Shown piece after piece: positions 54,016 to 62,388 of a stretch of DNA of 64,000 nucleotides. The notes under the pieces are model-generated. The model made no database searches and was not told the DNA's origin. It was given only the letters and a program-made list of their open reading frames with translations. This stretch comes from Alphaproteobacteria bacterium (GTDB lineage Bacteria > Pseudomonadota > Alphaproteobacteria > RF32 > CAG-239), in contig JAFVWM010000017.1 of assembly GCA_017501665.1 (NCBI GenBank), positions 94,361 through 158,360 of the forward strand, in the 5' to 3' direction. A program made the translations under genes and the position numbers. Position 1 is the first letter of the stretch. Each line of letters starts with the position of its first letter.

Positions 54016-55380
54016 TTAATCGTTGAAATAATTACGTAGATAATCCTTCAAATCGCTTATATTAACTCTGATTTGCTCCATAGTATCTCTATCTCTGACC
54101 GTAACCGATTCCGGCTGATTTTCTATTGTTTCAAAATCAACGGTCAAGCAAAGCGGTGTACCTATTTCATCATGACGGCGATAAGCTTTTCCGATATTAC
54201 CGGTATTTTCCAAAGCCACACGACCGATACCGAGTTTAAGCAAATTCTTTTTCAACTCATGGCATTTTGCCATAATTTGCTCATTATTTTTTTTCAACGG
54301 AATAATTGCCACTTTAATCGGCGCAAGATGTTTTTTCAATTTCAACACTGTGCGCATATTACCTCCGCCCAAATCTTCTTCGGTATAAGCCTCGGTCATA
54401 ACTGCCAACACACCTCTGTCAACACCCATAGACGGTTCAATCACAAAAGGCACAACCCATTTATTATTATCGTCCATAATACAAAGTTTTTGTGTCGATT
54501 CCTTATTTTCGTGACAATGAGATGTTAAATTCATCTCTTCTTGTGCTTTGGTATGATTACCCAAATCATAATCGGTACGATTAGCGATTCCTTCCAATTC
54601 TTCCATACCGTGCGGAAATTGATATTCAATATCATAACAAGCCTTGGCATAGTGAGCCAGATCTTCTTTCGGAGTGGTATAAATATTGATGTTTTCTCTT
54701 TTTAAGCCCTGCTCTTCCCACCATTTGATACGAGCTTCTTTCCATTCTTCATGCCATTTTTCATCTTCACCGGGCATAACAAAATATTCCAACTCGGCTT
54801 GTTCAAACTCTCTCACTCTAAAAATAAAATTACGCGGAGTAATTTCATTTCTGAACGACTTTCCGATTTGCGCAATTCCGAACGGAAGTTTTCTCGAGGT
54901 TGAATCAACCACGTTCTTAAATTGTGTAAATATTGCCTGAGCAGTTTCCGGACGCAAATAACCATACGACGAGCCGTCATCAACCGGACCGATTGCCGTC
55001 TTAAACATCAAGTTAAACGGTCTCGGTTCAGTCAAATCAGTTGCTCCGCAGTTCGGACACTTACCATCTTTGATATGATCGGCTCTAAAGCGTCCCTTAC
55101 ATTGTCTACAATCGGTCATCGGATCTGAAAAAGTATCTTCATGCCCTGAGTAATGTAAAACTTTTTGATTGGTTAAAATGGCAGCATCTAAACCCTCAAT
55201 ATCATCGCGTTCATAAACCATAGCACGCCACCACGCAGCTTTTAAATTGTTTTTTAACTCTACACCAAGCGGACCATAATCATACACACCTTGCAAACCG
55301 CCGTAAATATCAGCACTTTGAAAAATAAATCCTCTGCGTTTACAAAGCGAAACTAATTGATCCATAGATGTTGCAACCAT
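54016..55380 (-). CDS. glyQS: Glycine--tRNA ligase, alpha2-dimeric (eukaryote/archaeal/Thermus-like) type
   Basis: 454 aa; class-II motifs ([35 protein letters not shown]) and C-terminal anticodon-binding domain; not the glyQ/glyS heterotetrameric form. Confidence 0.9.
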   Translation of the reverse strand: MVATSMDQLVSLCKRRGFIFQSADIYGGLQGVYDYGPLGVELKNNLKAAWWRAMVYERDDIEGLDAAILTNQKVLHYSGHEDTFSDPMTDCRQCKGRFRADHIKDGKCPNCGATDLTEPRPFNLMFKTAIGPVDDGSSYGYLRPETAQAIFTQFKNVVDSTSRKLPFGIAQIGKSFRNEITPRNFIFRVREFEQAELEYFVMPGEDEKWHEEWKEARIKWWEEQGLKRENINIYTTPKEDLAHYAKACYDIEYQFPHGMEELEGIANRTDYDLGNHTKAQEEMNLTSHCHENKESTQKLCIMDDNNKWVVPFVIEPSMGVDRGVLAVMTEAYTEEDLGGGNMRTVLKLKKHLAPIKVAIIPLKKNNEQIMAKCHELKKNLLKLGIGRVALENTGNIGKAYRRHDEIGTPLCLTVDFETIENQPESVTVRDRDTMEQIRVNISDLKDYLRNYFND

Positions 55381-55469
55381 TTTTTTAACCTCATTTCTTC
55401 ATAAATTAAAAATTAACTTCTAATGTTTTATAATAACAAACACATAATTGCAAGCGGAGATATATTTAA

Positions 55470-56402
55470 ATGGCAAAAAACACTACAAAAGTTGCTCTGA
55501 TATATGATTTTGACGAAACCTTAAGCACAACTTATATGCAAGACTATATTTTGATTCCTGCTTTAGGTGACAAACCGGATCATTTTTGGAAAACCGCAAA
55601 CCAATGGTCAAAAGACCATTGCGCCGACCAAATTACCGGTACAATGTATTATATTCAGCAATCCGCCAAAGAAAAAGGTATCAAACTGACCAAACAATTT
55701 TTATGTGATACCGCCAAAAACATCACCTATTTTGACGGAGTTGAAGAATGGTTTGATCGCATCAATGAATATGGCGCCAAACATGACCTGCAAATCGAAC
55801 ACTATATTATATCTTCGGGCATGGAAGAAATTATCTCCGGCACATCAATTCGTAAACATTTCAAAGATATCTTCGGTTGCTCTTATGTCTATGATGATGA
55901 AGGAATTCCGATTTGGCCGGCACGTGTTGTAAACTATTCAACCAAAACCCAATATATTGCCAAAATCAATAAAGGTCTGAGCAAAACAGAGGATAAAGCC
56001 GTAAACGAATATATGCCCGACGATCAACGTCGTATTCCTTACAAAAGGATGATTTATTTCGGCGACGGAATGACCGATATCCCATCAATGAAAATCGTCA
56101 AAGAAAAAGGCGGAAATGCCATTGCCGTATATCGCCCGAAAAGTAAACATCGTAAAACGGCAATTCAACTTTTGGCTGATAATCGAGTAAATTTTGCATT
56201 ACCTGCCGATTATCGCAAAAATTCTCAACTTGACCATGTAGTAAAAACAATCCTTGATAAAATGGCCACCGAACGAGATTTGGATATCTTAAAAATCAAA
56301 GAAGATAAAAAGAAAAAAATGGCTCAAGGCAAACCAAGCAAACTAAGTCGTAAGCTGACGATTCTTGCCAAACGGCTTGCCAAAAAGACCAAAACATCTT
56401 AA
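55470..56402 (+). CDS. HAD-superfamily hydrolase, paralogue 2, with K-rich C-terminal tail
   Basis: IYDFDETL motif I and YFGDGMTD motif IV; collinear with 16931..17737. Confidence 0.7.
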   Translation: MAKNTTKVALIYDFDETLSTTYMQDYILIPALGDKPDHFWKTANQWSKDHCADQITGTMYYIQQSAKEKGIKLTKQFLCDTAKNITYFDGVEEWFDRINEYGAKHDLQIEHYIISSGMEEIISGTSIRKHFKDIFGCSYVYDDEGIPIWPARVVNYSTKTQYIAKINKGLSKTEDKAVNEYMPDDQRRIPYKRMIYFGDGMTDIPSMKIVKEKGGNAIAVYRPKSKHRKTAIQLLADNRVNFALPADYRKNSQLDHVVKTILDKMATERDLDILKIKEDKKKKMAQGKPSKLSRKLTILAKRLAKKTKTS

Positions 56403-56412
56403 AGCAAATTTC

Positions 56413-56441
56413 GATAATAGCCGATTCTGTCGGCTATTATC
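56413..56441. terminator. Bidirectional hairpin between convergent HAD-2 and the epimerase
   Basis: GATAATAGCCGA-ttctg-TCGGCTATTATC. Confidence 0.6.
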
Positions 56442-56442
56442 A

Positions 56443-57261
56443 TTACAAATCGCGCACTTTCACCATCATCGATATTTTGTGTTTTTCTTTTGCCGGCAAC
56501 TTAACAAACAAATCGCCCTGATTTGCAGGTTCTACACAAACAAAATTTTTATATTGTCCTTGACTCATCTCTGCCAAATCTTTATTGGGATTCCATACCA
56601 CCGTAGATTTTGATCCTTGTTTTTCTAAAGTTATAATTCGACCGAACACCTTATCTTCAATTTCAACACATCCCGTATGATTAACAAAAGCGCTGTCAAA
56701 CTCACCGGTAATCCGCAAATCATTTTCCAAAGTATAGATATTTCCGTCAAGTGAGCTCTTATACTTGAGACCATCAAGCCCTTTTATTATTATCTTATCT
56801 CTGTCACCGACATTAAAATATGCATGCAAAGCCTCACTAAAATCAAACTCTGTCTCGCCATTATTAGTCGTTTCCAAGCAACATTCTAATCTGTCGGTAA
56901 TTTTTATCATTAATTCGGCCGAAATATTTACTCCATATTTTTCATCAGGACTTAACGACAATTTTACTTCAATTTTTTCTTCATTGACCTCAATACTTTC
57001 AGGTTTCCACATCGAAAGTCTGGCAAAACCGTGTCTTGGTAAATTATCATTAAGTTTTTCTTCGGCAAATCTGGGCCAACACACAGGTATCCCGCCTCGA
57101 ACGGCTTGCAAATTATCAAATTTATTTTTTTCGCCCAACCAAAAAACATCTTGTTTTTGTGATTTTGGTCGATATGACACCAAATTTCCGCCAAAAAGCG
57201 AGATTTTGCATTCAGCTAAAGAATTAGCCAAACTGATTAATCCGTTACCAATTGTTTTCAT
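56443..57261 (-). CDS. Aldose 1-epimerase family protein (glucose-6-phosphate 1-epimerase/YeaD-like)
   Basis: GGNLVSYRP, GGIPVCWPRF and other mutarotase motifs. Three in-frame ATGs (57297, 57273, 57261); 57261 has the best SD (GAGG). Confidence 0.75.
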   Translation of the reverse strand: MKTIGNGLISLANSLAECKISLFGGNLVSYRPKSQKQDVFWLGEKNKFDNLQAVRGGIPVCWPRFAEEKLNDNLPRHGFARLSMWKPESIEVNEEKIEVKLSLSPDEKYGVNISAELMIKITDRLECCLETTNNGETEFDFSEALHAYFNVGDRDKIIIKGLDGLKYKSSLDGNIYTLENDLRITGEFDSAFVNHTGCVEIEDKVFGRIITLEKQGSKSTVVWNPNKDLAEMSQGQYKNFVCVEPANQGDLFVKLPAKEKHKISMMVKVRDL

Positions 57262-57388
57262 TTTTAGCCTCATTATATTTTTAATAATTGCAATCATTGT
57301 TCATACATTTTTTTATGTCAATATAAATTCGTTAAATTGACCTGATTTACCACAAACAAATTTATTTAAGGTATATTACTTTTTTATA

Positions 57389-57417
57389 TTGATTTTAGAC
57401 AAAAATTGTGATATAAG
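57389..57417 (+). promoter_or_regulatory. Sigma70 promoter with extended -10 for the 57468 gene
   Basis: TTGATT, 17-nt spacer, TGaTATAAG. Confidence 0.45.
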
Positions 57418-57467
57418 ATATTCATTAAAAAGATAATTAAGATATTATTAACTAAAATTAAAAAAAA

Positions 57468-58211
57468 ATGAAAAAACAATTAATCAGCTTTGTAGCCCAA
57501 CAAAGCGGTACAGCAGAAGAAAAAATCAGCTCTTTGAGCTGGAGCGAAATGGTTAACTTTATATTACATCATCTTGCCGGCGAACGTAACCGTTGGTGCA
57601 TAAATGACCGATTTATGTACTTTATGGCCAAATTCGGTCAGGAATGCATAAAAGAAGACCTTAAAACAGGACATGATTTTTCATCGGTTCTGTTTACTGT
57701 TGCAATGCAAAGGCTATCGAAAGGGGCTGTATTACATGCCCCAGTAGACCTACTGGAGACACTGCCATTTGAATTCCGTGGCTATTCGTCATACTATGAC
57801 GATTACCACATTATGACACCGGGTTGTTTGGCATTCATCAACCAAGGTCTTTCCGTCGCTGCACAGCATGCGCCAACAAAAGATTATGCTCTAACAATTG
57901 CCTGGGGGTTACTTAGGCATTTGGACGAGCTTGGTGTTCGCTACGACAGATACTCACTTGATTGTGAAAATCCGTTGGAGGAAGGTAAACAACTATATCG
58001 CACGGCAAAGGCGATTATAGAAAACAACCTTCCAAATGAGGAAATTTTTGCCGGATATGCTCAACCGTATCAATGGCAAAAACACAAACAATGGTTGAGA
58101 ACATACCTCAACCAAGAAAAATGTTGGCAAACATTTTTCAAAAAAATAGGCATTTCAAGCTTCGCTTTTAAGCATAGACTTAAAATTCGCAAATCAATTA
58201 AAAATGCTTAA
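57468..58211 (+). CDS. Hypothetical protein (247 aa), compositionally atypical (higher GC than neighbours)
   Basis: ORF with ATG; no recognisable domain; its central part is visibly GC-richer than flanking genes. Confidence 0.55.
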   Translation: MKKQLISFVAQQSGTAEEKISSLSWSEMVNFILHHLAGERNRWCINDRFMYFMAKFGQECIKEDLKTGHDFSSVLFTVAMQRLSKGAVLHAPVDLLETLPFEFRGYSSYYDDYHIMTPGCLAFINQGLSVAAQHAPTKDYALTIAWGLLRHLDELGVRYDRYSLDCENPLEEGKQLYRTAKAIIENNLPNEEIFAGYAQPYQWQKHKQWLRTYLNQEKCWQTFFKKIGISSFAFKHRLKIRKSIKNA

Positions 58212-58221
58212 AATTATCTCA

Positions 58222-58258
58222 AAAGAGTAACCGATAACACGGTTGCTCTTTTTTTATA
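58222..58258 (+). terminator. Rho-independent terminator
   Basis: AGAGTAACCG-ataaca-CGGTTGCTCT followed by TTTTTTTT. Confidence 0.7.
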
Positions 58259-58337
58259 AAAAAAAAGCTTTATTTAATAAAAATAATATGTTACAAAAAG
58301 CACTAAAATAAAATTATTAACTAAAAAATATATAATT

Positions 58338-58859
58338 ATGGAAGAATTAAAAAACTTAGAAGCAAGATTCAAAGAAGCATTCTTTAATCTTTGTGTAAAG
58401 GAATTTGGCAAAGACTTTTGCTATTTTGACCATGACTTGGGATTTGACGGAAAATATGTAGCCTACACTCCCCAAGACTCTTTAAGGGAAATGGTTGTCT
58501 ATGCGTGCAATAACAAAAAGATAAATGAAGTTATTGCATTGATTTTAGGAATAAAGAACAGCTTTCCTGAAATTCATTTTTTGGAAAAAAGTTATGTCGA
58601 GATGAGCAACAAAACAGTTTTGGAAATATTCCAAAGCTTAAAGAACATGATTGATAACACATCTCGCACCGAGCGCCGATACATACCATGTCGTTTCTTC
58701 AACGAGCAACAAGACGTTGCCATGGTGACGGTAACTATTGATGACATCTGTTTTGCGGATGTTATTATTGCATCTTCGTATGAAGAAGATGTTATAGACC
58801 TCGTATACTATGATGTAAAATCACGAATTCTTTTTAGTATACATAAAAAAAGAAGATAA
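58338..58859 (+). CDS. Hypothetical protein (173 aa)
   Basis: ORF with ATG; no recognisable domain. Confidence 0.5.
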   Translation: MEELKNLEARFKEAFFNLCVKEFGKDFCYFDHDLGFDGKYVAYTPQDSLREMVVYACNNKKINEVIALILGIKNSFPEIHFLEKSYVEMSNKTVLEIFQSLKNMIDNTSRTERRYIPCRFFNEQQDVAMVTVTIDDICFADVIIASSYEEDVIDLVYYDVKSRILFSIHKKRR

Positions 58860-58868
58860 AAATCTATT

Positions 58869-58909
58869 CCCTTGAAACATTTTTTGTTTTGAGGGTTTTC
58901 TTTTTTTTA
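58869..58909 (+). terminator. Rho-independent terminator
   Basis: CCCTTGAAAC-loop-GTTTTGAGGG (two G-U pairs) followed by a long T-run. Confidence 0.6.
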
Positions 58910-59110
58910 CAAATAATATTTTTCCCCTTGCCCCAACTTTGACGATGAACCCGAACCTAACACCTCTAAGTCAAAATCACCCAGCCAAATCAATTAGTTA
59001 GGTAAAATTTGACAATAAAGAAGCAGTAAACCGCAATCTTTATTATTTAATAGATAAAGGGCAACGCATTATAACCAAAAGAATATTGTCATATTTGTAA
59101 AGATTAATAA

Positions 59111-59296
59111 ATGGAATTAACCACCGCATATCATAAATTGATGACATATAATAAGAAATACACCTACATAATAAAAGACGGACAAATTGTTTTCAATAAT
59201 AGTTGGGCTTGGATTGTAGTATTCCAAGCCCTTAATAGAAGAAACTTCGCTATTGTAAAGTATTGTAATGGACAATATTCGGTGGTTGAAATGTAA
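59111..59296 (+). CDS. Small hypothetical ORF (61 aa), doubtful
   Basis: Short ORF in an otherwise non-coding, hairpin-rich region; no SD. Confidence 0.2.
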   Translation: MELTTAYHKLMTYNKKYTYIIKDGQIVFNNSWAWIVVFQALNRRNFAIVKYCNGQYSVVEM

Positions 59297-59368
59297 AATC
59301 TTCTTGAAATTTCAAAACTTTTATAATAGCCTTTAATTGAACTTAATTCCGTAGAAAAGAATTAAGTT

Positions 59369-59460
59369 TAGGGCGTAGAAACCTTATGACAATAATCAGT
59401 CGTTAGCATAACGACTAAAACAAGTATGCCGACTATCTGTCAATGGACGGATGTCGGCTG
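59369..59460 (+). other. Structured RNA-like element: 9-bp closing stem enclosing two hairpins (candidate cis-regulatory leader, sRNA or MITE)
   Basis: P1 AAACCTTAT (59369-77) pairs with ATAAGGTTT (59452-60). Internal hairpins AGTCGTTA-gca-TAACGACT (59388-406) and GCCGAC-[19 nt]-GTCGGC (59418-48). Confidence 0.3.
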
Positions 59461-59520
59461 AATAAGGTTTATCCAAATAAGCCGAGCCGTTTTTGATTAT
59501 TGTCACGGTTTTCTAACATC

Positions 59521-59556
59521 CGCCCACCTTTTTTATAAACGGTGGGTTTTCTTTTA
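59521..59556 (+). terminator. Terminator/attenuator-like hairpin in the leader of the nuclease gene
   Basis: CCCACC-ttttttataaac-GGTGGG followed by TTTTCTTTT, ~40 nt before the SNase start. Confidence 0.45.
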
Positions 59557-59596
59557 CAAAAAAGTTAATATAGAAATTAGAAATCCGAGGCAGACA

Positions 59597-60034
59597 ATGA
59601 AGACAATTATATATGTAATAACAGGCTTATTACTAACAGCTTGTTACAGTTACATTATGCATTCAACTAATGAAACCAATATAACAATATTAAAGATTAG
59701 TGATGGCGATACAGTAAAAGCAATCGTAAATGGCAAAAAAGAAAGTATAAGATTATTAGAAATAGATTGTTATGAAACATCAAAAAATAAAAGAGCCATT
59801 TGGCAATCTGAATATTTTGGATTGTCTATCGGTGATGTTATTAAAAAAGGTAATTATTCAAAAGAACAATTAAAAAAATTACTTGAAAAGAACAAAGAAG
59901 TAAAATTAGAATGGAGTAAACGGGACAAATACAAGAGAATTTTAGGAAAGATTTATTTAGATAATGGTCTTTATGTAAATGAATATATGCTTAATAACGG
60001 TGGTTGTGAAAAGTATATTGAAAGAAGAAAATAA
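59597..60034 (+). CDS. Staphylococcal-nuclease (SNase/thermonuclease)-like lipoprotein
   Basis: Lipobox LLTAC; SNase core KISDGDTVKAIVNGKKESIRLLEIDCYET (DGDT plus catalytic acidic residues); GAGG SD. Confidence 0.7.
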   Translation: MKTIIYVITGLLLTACYSYIMHSTNETNITILKISDGDTVKAIVNGKKESIRLLEIDCYETSKNKRAIWQSEYFGLSIGDVIKKGNYSKEQLKKLLEKNKEVKLEWSKRDKYKRILGKIYLDNGLYVNEYMLNNGGCEKYIERRK

Positions 60035-60079
60035 CTTTTGTATATATCTTAATACCTAGAAGATAAAGGAGCTTATAAA

Positions 60080-60937
60080 ATGAAATCTTTAAGGCAAAAA
60101 AAATTTGGAGTTTGTTGTTATTGTGGGCAAAAAACTAAATTTTATAAAAGGTCGCATAAAGAGTGTCATAATAAATTTATGTTAGGTAATAATAAAATAT
60201 TATCATTAACAGATTTAATGCTGAATAATAATTTTGATTTTAAGAAATATGATGATATTTTAAATGATTGCCAACAAAATTATTTTATAAATGATAATGA
60301 AAAAAAGAGCCTATTAATTAAAAGTTGGGAAAATACAATAACAAAAGCCCTTGAAGAAAGTTATGTATCAGAAGAATTAGAAAAGAATTTATTGCAATTT
60401 TCAGAAAAATATAATTTATCACAAGAAGATTTAGACGGTAATAAAAAGTTTGAAGAATTAACAAAGTCAGGAATAATAAGACAATTATCAGAAGGAAAAA
60501 TACCCGAAGTAAAATATAATGGTATGTTGCCTTTTAATTTTCAAAAAGATGAGAAAGTCATATGGATATTTCAAAATGTTGAATATTCAGAAGTTAAAGA
60601 AAGAACAAGATATGAAGGTGGCTCAATAGGTGGAAGTTTCAGAGTAGCCAAAGGTATATATTTTAGAACAAGCTCTTTTAGAGGTCATCCTGTTCATTAT
60701 CAATCAACCGAATATATTGGAACAGGAATTTTGGTTGTTACAAATAAACACATTTACTTTGGATGCCAACATCAAAATTTTAGAATAAAGTATGAAAAAA
60801 TTGTATCATTTACACCATATAGCGATGGTATAGGAATACAACGAGATGCTATGACAGCAAAACCTCAAATATTTAAGATTGATGATGGATGGTTTATATA
60901 TAATATATTAGCAAACATCTCTAAAATTGTTAATTAG
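60080..60937 (+). CDS. Hypothetical protein (285 aa) with N-terminal zinc-ribbon-like Cys/His cluster
   Basis: AAAGGAG SD; CCYCGQKTKFYKRSHKECHNKF at the N-terminus; beta-rich C-terminal half of unknown family. Confidence 0.5.
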   Translation: MKSLRQKKFGVCCYCGQKTKFYKRSHKECHNKFMLGNNKILSLTDLMLNNNFDFKKYDDILNDCQQNYFINDNEKKSLLIKSWENTITKALEESYVSEELEKNLLQFSEKYNLSQEDLDGNKKFEELTKSGIIRQLSEGKIPEVKYNGMLPFNFQKDEKVIWIFQNVEYSEVKERTRYEGGSIGGSFRVAKGIYFRTSSFRGHPVHYQSTEYIGTGILVVTNKHIYFGCQHQNFRIKYEKIVSFTPYSDGIGIQRDAMTAKPQIFKIDDGWFIYNILANISKIVN

Positions 60938-61020
60938 AGCAAGGGCGGAATAAATCCGCCCTTTGTCATTACAACCCAAAATTCTCTTTATATCTGTAAA
61001 ATATCGTTTTCGCTCGTATT

Positions 61021-61120
61021 CAAACTCACTTTCTTCAAAAGTTCGAACCATAACTTCCCCTAATTGCCAATAAAAAAACCACCTTAAAAGGTGGCTTTTT
61101 TACTGGCAGGGGCAGTAAGA
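61021..61120. repeat. ~100-bp direct repeat, copy A (tRNA-fragment-like core + terminator hairpin + GGCAGGGGCAGTAAGA)
   Basis: caaactcac..ttcttc..aagttcgaaccataacttcccctaa, then AAAAAAACCACC-ttaaaa-GGTGGCTTTTTT (61072-61101), then GGCAGGGGCAGTAAGA (61105-61120). Confidence 0.7.
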
Positions 61121-61211
61121 TTACTCGGCGCTTTGCTTGAGTTGCACAGGCGCAATTTTTGCGATATTTCGCAAAACCGGCGATACCCCCGTCTCGCCTA
61201 TTGCTTGTAGT

Positions 61212-61310
61212 CAAACTCACGTCTTCGTGAGTTCGAACCTAACACCCCCTAAGCAAAAACAAAAGCCACACCCTTAGGTGTGGCTTTCGTTTTTGGCAGG
61301 GGCAGTAAGA
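61212..61310. repeat. ~100-bp direct repeat, copy B
   Basis: caaactcacgtcttcgtgagttcgaacctaacaccccctaag, then AAAGCCACACC-ctta-GGTGTGGCTTT-cgTTTTTgg (61262-61296), then GGCAGGGGCAGTAAGA (61295-61310). The 20-bp core also occurs at 58952-58970. Confidence 0.7.
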
Positions 61311-61502
61311 ACCGCTGCCATAATTTCTCTAACTTGCTGTTTATCCTGTGTATTTTTTCTAAAAACAAGGGTTTTTATTGTGTCTTGTGTTACAGAATTG
61401 AGAGCACTATAAGCCAGTATTTTCAAGGTGTCAAGCCTATTTTTATGCTTCGTGAAAACATGGCTATTTTCAAGGGCTTTGAGAGGTTTTTAAAAATGGC
61501 TT

Positions 61503-62078
61503 TTAAGCCTTTATTTTCAAGGCTTCTGATAGGTTTTCAATAGTTCGGTAATAGTCCATTGGTTCATAAACATTTCTCAATCGTTTTAGAAGCGTTTGTA
61601 AAGCATTAGAGAATGGTGGATTCTCCTCATATTTGTAGTGCTTGGTAAGCAAACGATTGCTCTTGATGTAGTTTATACGATGATTGCCGTTATGCTTGAT
61701 GTATTCAACCACGGGACAGCCCTGATACTTGAATCCCATCTCCCACAGCTTTACGAGCCGACCTATCGGCAGCCGTTTGATGCTCCGATAGCCACAACAA
61801 CTGCCGATGCTGTAAATCGTGAAGCAGTCAATCACTACCGAAGCGTTTGGAGTTCCTAGCGCAAACTCTTTCCTTCTCCGATACACTTGGCTGAAATGTT
61901 GGATAAACCATTGCCTATCGTTGGCTTGGCGATTGTAAATGGTATCCATAACATCCTCCCGATTCTTCTCTACAAAAGCATCTCTTGAACGCTTCAGCTC
62001 AAGGATTTTCTCATCAATCCTTTGTAGATGCTGATTATAAGTGCTTACTTCCATCATTGTCCTAGTATTCTTCTGCAT
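61503..62078 (-). CDS. Hypothetical protein (191 aa), last gene of the ankyrin/DUF3768 operon
   Basis: ATG 62078; the DUF3768 stop (62062-64) lies inside it; elevated GC; no recognisable domain. Confidence 0.5.
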   Translation of the reverse strand: MQKNTRTMMEVSTYNQHLQRIDEKILELKRSRDAFVEKNREDVMDTIYNRQANDRQWFIQHFSQVYRRRKEFALGTPNASVVIDCFTIYSIGSCCGYRSIKRLPIGRLVKLWEMGFKYQGCPVVEYIKHNGNHRINYIKSNRLLTKHYKYEENPPFSNALQTLLKRLRNVYEPMDYYRTIENLSEALKIKA

Positions 62079-62388
62079 ACATAATGGTTAGAACTTTGTT
62101 TGTAAGTCTTGGATTACAAGCATTCGGAGAAAGATACAGAAACTTTTGGTCGTAGTTGTCTATCTTCCAAAAGATTTTATGACCTTTGTAATCAAAAGCT
62201 CCAAAGTCGTGTTCGTTATACGGGTCATTACCTTCATCAAAGTTATCAAAGGTTCTGACCTTGGTAATGATGGCTTCAATGTCTTCCTTGGTGTTAGAAC
62301 GAATGCCACAAGTGAGAACGAGAGTTCCCTTTGATAAGTGCTTGCGGAAGTCATCGTTCTGTTGAGCGATTACTTCAGCATTACTCAT
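62062..62388 (-). CDS. DUF3768-family protein (plasmid/phage-associated, conserved FDY motif)
   Basis: FDNFDEGNDPYNEHDFGAFDYKGHKIFWKIDNYDQ ... TNKVLTIMYAEEY matches my recollection of DUF3768. Track start 62451 is TTG; ATG 62388 (MSNAEV) with GGAG..GGAAG SD preferred, overlapping the ankyrin stop by 8 nt. Confidence 0.6.
   Translation of the reverse strand: MSNAEVIAQQNDDFRKHLSKGTLVLTCGIRSNTKEDIEAIITKVRTFDNFDEGNDPYNEHDFGAFDYKGHKIFWKIDNYDQKFLYLSPNACNPRLTNKVLTIMYAEEY

Noticed and set aside
54073-54528. 151-aa plus-strand ORF
   Set aside because: Antisense within the glycyl-tRNA synthetase gene; His/Cys-rich low-complexity translation, no SD; spurious.
61205-61262. tRNA gene or pseudo-tRNA (GTGAGTTCGAACCTAAC resembles a T-arm)
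   Set aside because: No acceptor stem partner, D-arm or anticodon arm can be built on either strand; the T-stem has a mismatch and no CCA-compatible 3' end. Treated as a tRNA-fragment-like repeat core only.
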